From Cyanophora paradoxa CCMP329 (Eukaryota > Plantae > Glaucophyta), in assembly GCA_004431415.1 (NCBI GenBank), contig QPMI01000468.1, forward strand, positions 1 through 64,000: 64,000 bases of DNA, written 5' to 3'. The stretch's first letter is position 1. Every line of letters starts with the position of its first letter. The position numbers were made by a program, and so were the translations under genes. Under the pieces are notes generated by a model that was not told the origin of the DNA, searched no databases, and saw nothing but the letters and a program-made list of their open reading frames with translations. Of this stretch, positions 12,592-24,065 are shown in pieces.

Positions 12592-15500
12592 ACACATATA
12601 CAACGCCCGGCTTTTAGACCTCGGCTTATTTAAATTGATCTCGTTAGTATATAACCTGTATTTATAATATATCTATCGTGAATATGTGTGTGTTTTATCG
12701 GTGATATGTATTTATTTTATCGTGGGTTATAGCTTCTTTTTAATAAAATATGTGAAATATGTATAGTTTATGTGAAGTTTAGCTATATTCTCGATGAGTA
12801 GACTTATATATCTCGTGAGATTCATTATAGTTTAGGTGTGACTCAACTTAGTTTAATTATAACTTGCCTCAGTCTAAAAGCCGGGCGTTGTATATGTGTG
12901 TTGTTCTGAATTTTCAATATAAAAGCGACGATCACGCGCCGTTTTATCAAAAACAACTACCATGAGCTGCATGGAACGTTCTGTATGCGGCTCTCTATAA
13001 AACAAAGTAGATCTATGATATATTATGATTGATTCTTTTGTATTTTAATTGGTCTTATTCAGTGTTACAGGTGTTACAGGTTTATCCCAAAGTCCGCCCT
13101 AGGAGTGGGGTCTTGGTTCCCGAGTTTGGGCAAGACCTGTAACACCTGTAACAACGTAAACAATTATCGTGTGCTGTATGAAACATGTCGCGCGCATCGA
13201 GAGTGTGCGGCGCACTGTGCGGCGGACTGTGCGCAACGTAAATGTATGAGTTTCGCATCGAGATCGATCGGCTACTCATAGGAAACTACGCAATCTATCG
13301 CAACTACTCAAAGAAACTACGCAATTTAATACCGGGAACTACTGAAAAGATACCAAAACTACGCAACTACGCAACTTTCTGAAAAAGTCTGAGATTCGGG
13401 CGGGAAAAATTTAGAAAAGTGTAAAACTTGCGTAGTTGCGTAGTTTTGGTTTCATTTGCGTAGTTTTGGTTTCGAATTGCGTAGTTTTTCAGGGAAAGTT
13501 GAGTAGTTTAAAGTAGTTTATATATTATAAAGTTGTTTCTTATTAATATCAATATGATTCTATGATATATACCATGCTTTCTCTACTGAAAAGAGCGCCG
13601 GCATGCTACAAAGGAAAGCTACGCGATCGTTTCGCACTGCAACACGACCGTTTTATAGGCTACGCAATTGTTTCGCACCGAAATGCATGCGGGCAATCGG
13701 AGACTACGCAAAATAAATTAACTACGCATGAAAACTACGCAATCTGATCGCTTTTAATACCGAAAACTACGCATTTAATACCAAAACTACGCAACTACGC
13801 AACTTTCTGAAAAAGTTTGAGAGTAGGGGTGGAAAAAAATTAGACAAGATCCGTGCTCCTGCGGAGCACTAAGTACGGCGAAGCCTCGCGGACGCCCTCG
13901 CGGCTGTCACAGTAGGCCTATAGGGCACTGGCCAGCGGCCTGGCCGATCGCGAACAGCTTTCTGGTTGGAAGCTGGCCGGCTGACGGCCAGTCCAGCTAC
14001 CGCTGGCCGGCTAGAGGAATATAACTAGAGGAATATTAATGTACTGAGGAAATAAAGGGAGGCCGGAGCAGGTTGAGATTAGAGGAGATGAATTATATAT
14101 AATATTGTTGAGAGGGAGGCCCGGGAGGGCAAGGTTCTCGCGGCCAGGCGCATGCACAGAGCTTGCGAATCGCTTAAACAGAATCTTGAATGCATATAGC
14201 TATAGCATCGATGTGCGGGGCTGCGGAGCTCGAGGCGAGGGCGCGCGGAAAGATGTGCAGGTCCATGCAGGATCGAATTTTCGGGGTCGGCTGGGTCCTC
14301 GCGGCCCGTCGCATACGCAAAGCGTGCGGAAGACTTTGCCTACATCTTAAATGCTTATGCTATCGTTCCGCGCATGCGCCGCGGCGTGGGCGCGCGGAAA
14401 GATGTCAGGGCGCGTGCAGGATCGAATTTTGGCCGTCGGGTACCTTCCTGCGCTGTTCCGGCTCCGAAAAGCGGATTTCGGGGGTGCGCAGGCCCTGCTA
14501 TGTCCATGCGCGCCAGTACGCATCGATTGCGCGCGTCGCGGGACCGGGCGGGACCGGCTAGCGCTGGATCAAATTTTCGGCCGACTCTTCGCACTGGAGC
14601 GTCGACGGCGCTTGAAATCGAGTTTGCGGCGATGCGCTCGCCCTCGCGCGGCATTCTGTATCGTTCTGGGGCGTCCCTGGCGCGATTTCGTCGCGGGACC
14701 GGGCGGGACCGGGTCCCACCTTCTGACTCGGACTGCATTTGTCGGAGGTTAAGTACCGGAATTGATCCAGAGGGAAATTCGATTTTCGCGCGACGCCCAC
14801 GGGCGAGCGGTCGTCTTAGGGGAGCCACGACGCTAAAAATGGATCTAGAGAGGTCTGTGGGGGTTAGGGTAGCTGAGTCATTAGCGGCAATCGCGTCCGT
14901 GTCGAGGCAGAATTAATAATTCGTCCTCGAGGGAGTGCGACGCGGAAATTATTTAGCAGGGGGGATCTTGAGTGGAAAAAAAGGTTAAAAAAGGAATTTA
15001 TATCGGCGGTTTTTGGGTTTGAGAACAAGATCCGTGCTCCTGCGGAGCACTAAGTACGGCGAAGCCTCGCGGACGCCCTCGCGGTTGTCACAGTAGGCCT
15101 ATAGGGCACTCAGCGACTGGCCAGCGGCCTGGCCGATCGCGAACAGGTTTCTGGCTGGAAGCTGGCTGGCTGACGGCCAGTCCAGCTACCGCTGGCCGGC
15201 TAGAGGAATATAACTAGAGGAATATTAATGTACTGAGGAAATAAAGGGAGGCCGGAGCAGGTTGAGATTAGAGGAGATGAATTATATATAATATTGTTGA
15301 GAGGGAGGCCCGGGAGGGGCAAGGTTCTCGCGGCCAGGCGCATGCACAGAGCTTGCGAATCGCTTAAACAGAATCTTGAATGCATATAGCTATAGCATCG
15401 ATGTGCGGGGCTGCGGAGCTCGAGGCGAGGGCGCGCGGAAAGATGTGCAGGTCCATGCAGGATCGAATTTTCGGGGTCGGCTGGGTCCTCGCGGCCCGTC

Positions 15501-17220
15501 GCATACGCAAAGCGTGCGGAAGACTTTGCCTACATCTTAAATGCTTATGCTATCGTTCCGCGCATGCGCCGCGGCGTGGGCGCGCGGAAAGATGTCAGGG
15601 CGCGTGCAGGATCGAATTTTGGCCGTCGGGTACCTTCCTGCGCTGTTCCGGCTCCGAAAAGCGGATTTCGGGGGTGCGCAGGCCCTGCTATGTCCATGCG
15701 CGCCAGTACGCATCGATTGCGCGCGTCGCGGGACCGGGCGGGACCGGCTAGCGCTGGATCAAATTTTCGGCCGACTCTTCGCACTGGAGCGTCGACGGCG
15801 CTTGAAATCGAGCTTGCGGCGATGCGCTCGCCCTCGCGCGGCATTCTGTATCGTTCTGGGGCGTCCCTGGCGCGATTTCGTCGCGGGACCGGGCGGGACC
15901 GGGTCCCACCTTCTGACTCGGACTGCATTTGTCGGAGGTTAAGTACCGGAATTGATCCAGAGGGAAATTCGATTTTCGCGCGACGCCCACGGGCGAGCGG
16001 TCGTCTTAGGGGAGCCACGACGCTAAAAATGGATCTAGAGAGGTCTGTGGGGGTTAGGGTAGCTGAGTCATTAGCGGCAATCGCGTCCGTGTCGAGGCAG
16101 AATTAATAATTCGTCCTCGAGGGAGTGCGACGCGGAAATTATTTAGCAGGGGGGATCTTGAGTGGAAAAAAAGGTTAAAAAAGGAATTTATATCGGCGGT
16201 TTTTGGGTTTGAGAAAGAGGCTTCGCCTGATCGGCTGGGTCCTCGCGGCCCGTCGCATACGCAAAGCGTGCGGAAGACTTTGCCTACATCTTAAATGCTT
16301 ATGCTATCGTTCCGCGCATGCGCCGCGGCGTGGGCGCGCGGAAAGATGTCAGGGCGCGTGCAGGATCGAATTTTGGCCGTCGGGTACCTTCCTGCGCTGT
16401 TCCGGCTCCGAAAAGCGGATTTCGGGGGTGCGCAGGCCCTGCTATGTCCATGCGCGCCAGTACGCATCGATTGCGCGCGTCGCGGGACCGGGCGGGACCG
16501 GCTAGCGCTGGATCAAATTTTCGGCCGACTCTTCGCACTGGAGCGTCGACGGCGCTTGAAATCGAGCTTGCGGCGATGCGCTCGCCCTCGCGCGGCATTC
16601 TGTATCGTTCTGGGGCGTCCCTGGCGCGATTTCGTCGCGGGACCGGGCGGGACCGGGTCCCACCTTCTGACTCGGACTGCATTTGTCGGAGGTTAAGTAC
16701 CGGAATTGATCCAGAGGGAAATTCGATTTTCGCGCGACGCCCACGGGCGAGCGGTCGTCTTAGGGGAGCCACGACGCTAAAAATGGATCTAGAGAGGTCT
16801 GTGGGGGTTAGGGTAGCTGAGTCATTAGCGGCAATCGCGTCCGTGTCGAGGCAGAATTAATAATTCGTCCTCGAGGGAGTGCGACGCGGAAATTATTTAG
16901 CAGGGGGGATCTTGAGTGGAAAAAAAGGTTAAAAAAGGAATTTATATCGGCGGTTTTTGGGTTTGAGAAAGAGGCTTCGCCTGAAGAGGCTTCGCCTGAA
17001 AAGTGAAAAAGTTGCGTAGTTGCGTAGTTTTGGTATTAATGGCGTAGTTTCCGGTATTAAGTTGCGTAGTTTAACATAGGTAGTTGAGTAGTTTAAAGTA
17101 GTTTTTATATATTATAAAGTAGTTTATTATTTATCTTATTGTTATCAGTCTGAGACTCTATGAAAATCGATTGACCTTAGTGTGAAACAGTGCGCCCCGC
17201 CCACTATGCAAGATACATGC
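12592..17220 (+). repeat. Left TIR of element B (12592-13844 + 17000-17220; 1474 bp), split by a Helentron-like insertion
   Basis: Reverse complement of 41181-42655. ORF-track peptides are mirrored (13082/41968; 13562/41499). Confidence 0.93.
13845..16999 (-). mobile_element. Non-autonomous Helentron/Helitron2-like element (~1.2-kb unit), self-nested: two full copies and one partial
   Basis: Absent from the right TIR. Minus strand reads 5'-TCAGGCGAAGCCTC...GAGGCTTCGCC-N7-hairpin GTGCTCC-GCA-GGAGCAC-GGATCTTG-3' (asymmetric subterminal IRs plus 3' hairpin). Inserted between T|T with no TSD. Units 13845-15025, 15026-16230 and 16231-16984. Confidence 0.75.
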
Positions 17221-18132
17221 AAACTACATGCGAGTTCTATGAAAACAATAACGATTTAGTCATGTATATATTTCGTATATATGTCCGACCCTCCGTGTGT
17301 GTGATCCCGCACAACTTTGACTTTTTTAGTTGTTTTTTGGCTTTTCCGCATATGACGACATATACATATATATACCGGCGTCACCGACATATTCGGCGTC
17401 ATCGCATTGCGGCGAGTCCGAAAACGTATAGCATGCCACAAAGTAGTTTTTTATGTGTTTTTCGATCGATCGACCAATCGCGGATGTGACCGTAACCTGT
17501 TGGGGTAGAGGCTCGCGTAACCGGTTATGCGGGCGTAACCGATTGGGGTAGAGGCTCGCGTAACCGATTGGGGTATATCTTTCGTCGGCTTGACGTTTTT
17601 ACGACAAGACTTGACGTTTTTTCGACAAGCCGCCATTACTTGTCGATTTAACGACAAGCCGACACCAAAACTTGACTGACTATGACTGACCAGTGACTGA
17701 CCGACTTGCCAACTTCCCGGAGTCCCGAGTCCCGAGTCCCGAGTCCCGAGTCGCCGGCAAATATTTACCATAACACCGCGATCGCGACTCGGCGGCGACC
17801 CCCCCTTTCGTTTTCCGGGCATAACTTTGGACAGCAAGCCGATCTCGGCGCGCTCTCAATTGCTACGTGCTTGTAACTTGCTTCCGGGCATGTTGGTGCT
17901 AGTTTGACTAGCTTACTCAACCATGGCGCGAAGCGCGAATTCTCCATAGGCACAGGTGCCCGAAAACCGAGGTGTCCCCTACGTCGTGCGCGCCGGCGCG
18001 CGTTCCCGTGAGGCTCCACTAGTCATACTTTGCATCCGCGGGCGTATAGAGTAGTTCTACACTACTACGAAGTGGCGAGGTCTGATTCGCAAAGGGAGCG
18101 ATTTGGCGGCTACGAAAGCACCGCGGCGCCTA

Positions 18133-19575
18133 CTACTTTCGTGGTCTCAGAGTCGCTCTTCGATCGCCATTAGCTACCGGCGCTACCGTTGCTACTTTTC
18201 TACTACTTCTTAATGTAGCTTTGGTTTCCGGCGCTTTATAGCTCTCAGTCTGATTCGAGAACGACTTATACCATCGTTGGCTATTCACGCCGCCGGATAG
18301 CTTAGGCTCGGCGGCTGTTACTAGCCGCTGTAATTCTTTATTTACGCGTTTCTCTTTTTGCACGCGATCCTCTAATAGAGTGCCTTGTGGCACAGCCGCG
18401 GCGGCTTCTATGCCCTCTCTACGCAATTGCGCATCGACGCGCGCCTCGTCCTTCGCCGCCTCTAATGCGTCTACTGTGGGCGCCATTAGGTAATCCACAG
18501 CTTGGACAGGCAATAGCTCGTGGAAGGCAAAGCGACCCTCTACGCGATTGCCGTCCGGATCAGTTAGCATAAACTTATAGCCCTCGCGCCCGGCGACAGT
18601 GTATACGATCCGGCTCCAATTGTTACCGCCCTTAGCGAACGGCGTCTTCTCGATCCGTAGCCTTACTGACATGCCCGGCTGAATCTGATCCAAATAAGCT
18701 ATCGATTTCTTGAATTTCGCATCTTCTTTTTGAACTATGAGCTTATAGTGACTCTCGTTGGTCTCCGCAGGCATATAGCCGGTCGCAGAGTGCACCGTAT
18801 TATTATAGTTATATTCTAATTCGGGCAGGACATCTATAAATCGCGCCGTATTATTAGCGATGCAGTAGCTCGTGATCAGCCGCCGCATTTGCTTGTTAAA
18901 TGCTTCTATGCGCCCTTGCGCGCGATGGTCGGCTGTGTCCGCAATCTGATGCTCTATAAACTGATTCTCGAAATATTTGCGCATAATATCATTGCGGAAT
19001 TCGCTTCCCGCATCGCTTTGCACTTTGAAAATTGGTCTCGGCGCCTTATTTTGCAGCTGTATAAAGGCGGCTAAGGTCGACGCCGCGGACTTATCCCGCA
19101 TCGGGATAATGAACCCGACCCGTAATGTGTTCTCCATAGCCGTGAGAAAAGCACTGTAATTATCATTATACTTCGAGTAAGCGGGAAAGAATAGCAGATC
19201 AATTACGTAGGTATCGAGAGGCTGTCGGATCGGTATAGCCGGGTCTCGTTTGCGGGATAGGTGCGGCGCATTAATCTGAACGACCTCTTGCCGGCTATAC
19301 CACTCTTGCAATTTCTTATAATTCTCGTCGGGCAGCTCTTGCCGTAGCTTAGTGATCCCTTTGAAACCGGTTTGCGGATCGTAGAATTTACGCGCGATTT
19401 TCGATTCCTCCGGGACAGCAAGGGCTACGGGCACGTCGCGGGGCACCAAAGCCTTTAAATCAGACCGCTTTACTATGCGGCTCTCTTTATTCTCTTTGGG
19501 CACGGGGATCGGCAATGTGCTCCCCTCTAAATCTTGCGATCGTCTTACTATTGGCGGTCTTGACATCCTTGTCAT
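18133..19575 (-). CDS. Retroviral-like (rve, DDE) integrase of element B
   Basis: YVIDLLF / VQSDAGSEF / QGRIEAFNK catalytic triad; YNNTVHSATGYMP; NWSRIVYTV. Start moved to the first plausible ATG (19575; alternative 19566). Confidence 0.93.
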   Translation of the reverse strand: MTRMSRPPIVRRSQDLEGSTLPIPVPKENKESRIVKRSDLKALVPRDVPVALAVPEESKIARKFYDPQTGFKGITKLRQELPDENYKKLQEWYSRQEVVQINAPHLSRKRDPAIPIRQPLDTYVIDLLFFPAYSKYNDNYSAFLTAMENTLRVGFIIPMRDKSAASTLAAFIQLQNKAPRPIFKVQSDAGSEFRNDIMRKYFENQFIEHQIADTADHRAQGRIEAFNKQMRRLITSYCIANNTARFIDVLPELEYNYNNTVHSATGYMPAETNESHYKLIVQKEDAKFKKSIAYLDQIQPGMSVRLRIEKTPFAKGGNNWSRIVYTVAGREGYKFMLTDPDGNRVEGRFAFHELLPVQAVDYLMAPTVDALEAAKDEARVDAQLRREGIEAAAAVPQGTLLEDRVQKEKRVNKELQRLVTAAEPKLSGGVNSQRWYKSFSNQTESYKAPETKATLRSSRKVATVAPVANGDRRATLRPRK

Positions 19576-19638
19576 CAGACAATAAAAAAGATCAATGTAA
19601 CATTTTACTCGCACGCGACAAGAGAAGGTCTTGTTTAT

Positions 19639-20265
19639 TTACGGTAAATCGGGATATCCATGCGACCACTCAAACACTTGCAGTAGATTGCTTTTATGAT
19701 TCTCGGTATACCACAGCTGAGCGTCACTATCCCATATCCCTCCGTTCTCTTTTAAGTATTTACGCAAGGCAGCCCGGTTTCGGATCACAAGCCCGAATTC
19801 CGCGAATTTAGTGTGGTGCTTTTCGAGGTTTTTGTGAATATCCAAATAGTGCCTTTCCCTATTATAATGCGCTTCAAACAAAACATCCATGGCTGATTCC
19901 TTGTGGAACAGAGGTATTCTTCTATCCGTTACATTATTCACGAATCCACAAACCTTTGCGAAATCAATCAAAGACACAAAGCCGTGAACAGATACATATT
20001 GATCATGTATAACCCATTGATCCCATCCTTTCCGTTCTCCCAGGCAGAACAAGCGGCAATCGGAAGACGAAAGGGCATATAATTTGGGATTATCGTGCTC
20101 GGGAAAATAGCCGATGTCGCTTATATCCGTGATATCTAACGTCTTTCCTTGTCCGTGGCTTCCTTCTTTAATAGCTTCGTATAAAGCGCAGAAGTCCCAT
20201 AGATTAAACGTGACCTTTTCGATTTCAGAAGTAAAGATGCGCTTGCCCTCATACTTATACTTCAT
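19639..20265 (-). CDS. Hypothetical protein, C-terminal DUF5710-like motif
   Basis: 208-aa ORF with ATG; LKENGGIWDSDAQLWY motif; shares the upstream motif seen at other B genes. Confidence 0.65.
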   Translation of the reverse strand: MKYKYEGKRIFTSEIEKVTFNLWDFCALYEAIKEGSHGQGKTLDITDISDIGYFPEHDNPKLYALSSSDCRLFCLGERKGWDQWVIHDQYVSVHGFVSLIDFAKVCGFVNNVTDRRIPLFHKESAMDVLFEAHYNRERHYLDIHKNLEKHHTKFAEFGLVIRNRAALRKYLKENGGIWDSDAQLWYTENHKSNLLQVFEWSHGYPDLP

Positions 20266-20670
20266 TGTCGCCTTTTACTTTAAGCTGAGAAAATATTTTC
20301 CTGTTGCCTAAATGTAGCGCGTTCTCCTTAAATCATTTTGCGTTGCCCACGGGGCTTTCAATTTTTGACGATCCGCGGTGAGATTCTCACGTTTACTGTC
20401 AATAAAATCAGGCTACCTGAGCGTTTATTGTCAAAATTTTAATAATTAATGAAAATCTTGACAATAAACACCGCAAAACGCGCAATAAAAACGTGCAGTA
20501 AACAGTAGAATGGACGCCCCGGTATGGGACGCGCACCCGATCCCTAATTACTTCCTAATCGACCCGGACGACCCAGGATTAAAGTGCATATGGCTTCTCC
20601 ATATCCTAAGGCGACAGCTCCTTCAATTAGAGCGCAAACCAAGAAAAAGAACGCACGATAAGATAGACGA

Positions 20671-23600
20671 CTAACAGCCGAATGGAAGGCTATGTATGCC
20701 GTCGCCTGATATGCAGCGCTTGCTATCGAATTGGGTCAGCGCTATCCGCTTGCTCTCCAAATCATATAAGTGGTGGCATCGCCGTTGCTTGTTTACTACT
20801 GTTACTGTTTTTGTGATCCCGTCAAATAGGCAGCGCTTAAAGTCGTCGAAATGCACCTCTTTCGAGGCTGTCCCGCTCATTTTTACCTTGTCGTAGCTCT
20901 CGGTGCGGAAAGCATATAGCTTCGGTCGCAGCCCCACATACTCCACTATCTTGACGTCGGGCATCTCATTTTTATATTTACCGGGAACCATCCGGTTCTC
21001 GGGACTATAAGGGCAGTCTAAATAAGGGCTGATCGCTCGCATGCCCGCTTCCAGATCCGCGCTCTCTATATACAGACAGAACGAATCGGTATCGTGGAAC
21101 AGCAGCTGAGCTTGCGAGAAAGTCGGTCGGATCACGTCGTAAAAGAAGCTATAATTATGCAGCTTCGCGGCATCCAGCACATAAGCGCCAATCGCAACCG
21201 GTTTATCGAGTTTTACGTGTTTACTATACATTTCAAAGGCGACCGCAGTCTCGTTTAATACATTCGTCGCTTTTACCAGTGGGCTCGCCGCATATTTCTT
21301 AAACAGCTTCGTGCTATTCGCGATCTTTACCACTGAGCGCCCGCGACACGATTCCAGGCATTTACCGTAAATAGCATTGTTCATCAATTTAAAAAAGTCG
21401 CTCTCGAATTTATTCCGGGCTTCCTTTCGCAGTTTCGTGTTCAGATCTATATAGGGCTTCATAAATGCAGCGGTTGCAAACGATAGCACGCGGTGAATCT
21501 TAGTAACTACGATCCCCTTTTTTACCATATAGAGCAGCATCGGCTGAGAGACCACGTAATTATATTTCGGAGTAAACGAGGCGATCAGCTTCGGATCTTT
21601 ACTGAGCTTCTCGCCGCTAATCTCCAAAAGCCCACGCTGATATTTCCCGAGCATGTCCACAGTAATTACCTCTTTACTCACGATCAGCGGGAAATCGCGA
21701 TGGTCGCCCTTTAAATAGTCCGGATATGCAAGGTCGACCTCTATAAATGCACTCCGCCCTACAACCTCGGTAAAAGCTGTGCTTGTGTCGTCCCAGCGAT
21801 AGTCCCCGACCGGTAAAGGCTGACTGAGCGCATAGCCATATAGATTATTCGCATCCAATAGCACTATATGTTTATTCTCGCTATTAGCCTCGGCATATCG
21901 TGTGGGCATGGTCGCAAAGCCGCCCCTAATTGCCCGCTCAATAAATTCGTATTGATCCGCATCGCTGATCTGTTCTATCGCGACCCTCGTATGCTTTAAC
22001 ATCGCGTCCCACGATAGTCCCGGTGCGCTCACATAATGAGTCGGATCCAGACCGTATTGCTCATGGGCGAGCATACTGAATTTACCGAATTTTACCATGA
22101 GATCATTAACATCGGACGCCTGAAAATCCATGAAATTCGAGGCGTCTATAAACTTGTAAAGTCCCCACTGTAAAGAGAGATACTCATCGAAATTCTTACT
22201 TAGGATCTCGACCCGCAGCTTGTCGTCTTGCTGTGCGATTTTCCTGAATATAGCATGCCCGCACTCGTCCATCCGATCAATAACCACGGCTACTTTCGTT
22301 TGCTTTGAGATCCGCCTATGTAAATTGCACTTTCGGCAAGCTTTCCCTATATAATCGCCGCTTTGGTGACAGTGATCGCGCACAGGGAAGTTTTCGTGGG
22401 TAAACCGCTGATTGCATATATAGCAGTGTTTGGTCAGCTTATAGGCTTGCTTTTGCGCCTCTGTGAGCGGGATCATAGGCGTGTTGGTAAATAGGGTATT
22501 AAGCATCTCGCGACACAGATCCCCTAACGTGGTAAACATCTGTCCCAGCGGATCCACGCCCTCGAATTCGTGATTTTCAACATGAGAGCCCATAACAACA
22601 TTAAGTGCCACCGACTTTACCTCTCGCTTGGTTCGATTTGGTTCATTAGGAACCGGCACCGACTCCATTTCTACCTTGCAATAGCAGACCGTGGGCAGCC
22701 ACACCATTTTCCTTAGGTGTTGCAGTCCGAAAGTAATAAAGCTTCCGGGTTCCGGGCATTTACCTTTACTGAGCCGCCAATCTATACAGCGATTAGAGTC
22801 GGTGTGGCTATCGAGTTTCTCCTGTGATCTAAACCGGGACAAACAGGTTTCGCAATAGAAAATGCGCCCATCGTTTGCTTTATCAAAGGTGGTCTTTAAG
22901 AGGCGGCTCAGTGACATTATCGTAATATAGTGACCCTGTCCGTTTGCGTCCTCGATCAGCAGCAGGTTTACCTTCGATTTACGACGCGGATTACTTGACA
23001 TGTGCAGTGGGTAAAAGGTTTGGGTCGCATTGTCGGCGCCATATATATTAATTGACAGCTCGGGATTATTGTCCTCGAAACGATCTATTAATGCAGCATC
23101 GCAAGCCACCGGGAAATTAATGCCTGAGAAGTCGAGTTCAGTCATCCACCGCCTATATTGGAACGGATCATTACGTTTGTGTCTGTTTATGTCGTTTCTG
23201 TGCAGCCATGCGAGGATAGCGTAATTAAAACAGTCGTGACCATCGATATTCTTAATATTTACTGTGGCTCGCTTTAATCCAATCCATTCGGGGGTCTCAA
23301 TGTAGCAGCCGCCCATCGGCGCATACGACAAAACGGCGACATGTAGCTTATCTAATTTACTTAGCCGGTAGCTGTCGACCTGTATCATCTGTTCATTCAT
23401 TTGCTGAGCTACACCCACTAACTCAGTGAGAATATTGCGCGACCTTGTGATTACGAAATAATCGCTGTAAATGTGTTTGGTGATAAAAACGTTAGGATCA
23501 CTCACTTTTACGTATCGACAGATGAAAGTAAGGCGCACCTTAATAGCTTTGAGCTCGTCCAGCCGTTCTTTCAGCCGTCCAGGCAGATTTGCAGCGATTG

Positions 23601-23934
23601 TAGTGAGAAATTCCACCGGATCTAAGATTATCTGTTCATCCGCCTTATAGCTATACCAGGCGTATGCTTTATTCATTGCGAAACCGTCGTCCTCATCGGG
23701 TTCTATGACGGCTAAGCGCCGCCCTTCGGTATAGAAGCGCTCCACATTTTCCAGGCGATTGTAAAGCTCGTCGGCAATATTCGCAAGGTTAGCTAAGCGG
23801 GGTTTTCGATCTAAGATCGCCGCCCTCCGATCGTATTCGGCTTCGGTGATCTCCCCAGTGACTAAAAGACTACCTAACAAGCCTAATATTTCGTCTTTTT
23901 TCTCTTTTATAAGGCGGTTGGTTTGGCGGGGCAT
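20671..23934 (-). CDS. polB: Protein-primed family B DNA polymerase (Maverick/PLV type) with EndoVII-like insert and degenerate exonuclease domain
   Basis: LLDANNLYGYA, KLMNNAIYGK, FHDTDSF and RPKLY motifs; VRDHCHQSG..ACRKCN zinc/EndoVII motif; 1087 aa. Confidence 0.95.
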   Translation of the reverse strand: MPRQTNRLIKEKKDEILGLLGSLLVTGEITEAEYDRRAAILDRKPRLANLANIADELYNRLENVERFYTEGRRLAVIEPDEDDGFAMNKAYAWYSYKADEQIILDPVEFLTTIAANLPGRLKERLDELKAIKVRLTFICRYVKVSDPNVFITKHIYSDYFVITRSRNILTELVGVAQQMNEQMIQVDSYRLSKLDKLHVAVLSYAPMGGCYIETPEWIGLKRATVNIKNIDGHDCFNYAILAWLHRNDINRHKRNDPFQYRRWMTELDFSGINFPVACDAALIDRFEDNNPELSINIYGADNATQTFYPLHMSSNPRRKSKVNLLLIEDANGQGHYITIMSLSRLLKTTFDKANDGRIFYCETCLSRFRSQEKLDSHTDSNRCIDWRLSKGKCPEPGSFITFGLQHLRKMVWLPTVCYCKVEMESVPVPNEPNRTKREVKSVALNVVMGSHVENHEFEGVDPLGQMFTTLGDLCREMLNTLFTNTPMIPLTEAQKQAYKLTKHCYICNQRFTHENFPVRDHCHQSGDYIGKACRKCNLHRRISKQTKVAVVIDRMDECGHAIFRKIAQQDDKLRVEILSKNFDEYLSLQWGLYKFIDASNFMDFQASDVNDLMVKFGKFSMLAHEQYGLDPTHYVSAPGLSWDAMLKHTRVAIEQISDADQYEFIERAIRGGFATMPTRYAEANSENKHIVLLDANNLYGYALSQPLPVGDYRWDDTSTAFTEVVGRSAFIEVDLAYPDYLKGDHRDFPLIVSKEVITVDMLGKYQRGLLEISGEKLSKDPKLIASFTPKYNYVVSQPMLLYMVKKGIVVTKIHRVLSFATAAFMKPYIDLNTKLRKEARNKFESDFFKLMNNAIYGKCLESCRGRSVVKIANSTKLFKKYAASPLVKATNVLNETAVAFEMYSKHVKLDKPVAIGAYVLDAAKLHNYSFFYDVIRPTFSQAQLLFHDTDSFCLYIESADLEAGMRAISPYLDCPYSPENRMVPGKYKNEMPDVKIVEYVGLRPKLYAFRTESYDKVKMSGTASKEVHFDDFKRCLFDGITKTVTVVNKQRRCHHLYDLESKRIALTQFDSKRCISGDGIHSLPFGC

Positions 23935-24065
23935 CTTTTACTCTAAGGGAACATTTTAATTTCGGGGAAAGGACGCGTTCAAAAAATGTGGAAACATATT
24001 TAAGGACATCTCAAAAAATGACACGGAGGAAAACATTTTATGTGTATCAGATATAGAGAAACACA

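Noticed and set aside
13284-13810. ACTACGCA repeats as a CRISPR array
   Set aside because: Short, irregular and inverted repeats with no unique spacers and no cas genes.
14105-16860. Triplicated 120-180-aa ORFs; considered as Ngaro/DIRS retrotransposon
   Set aside because: No RT, RNase H, tyrosine recombinase or Rep motifs; the end structure fits a non-coding Helentron-like element better.
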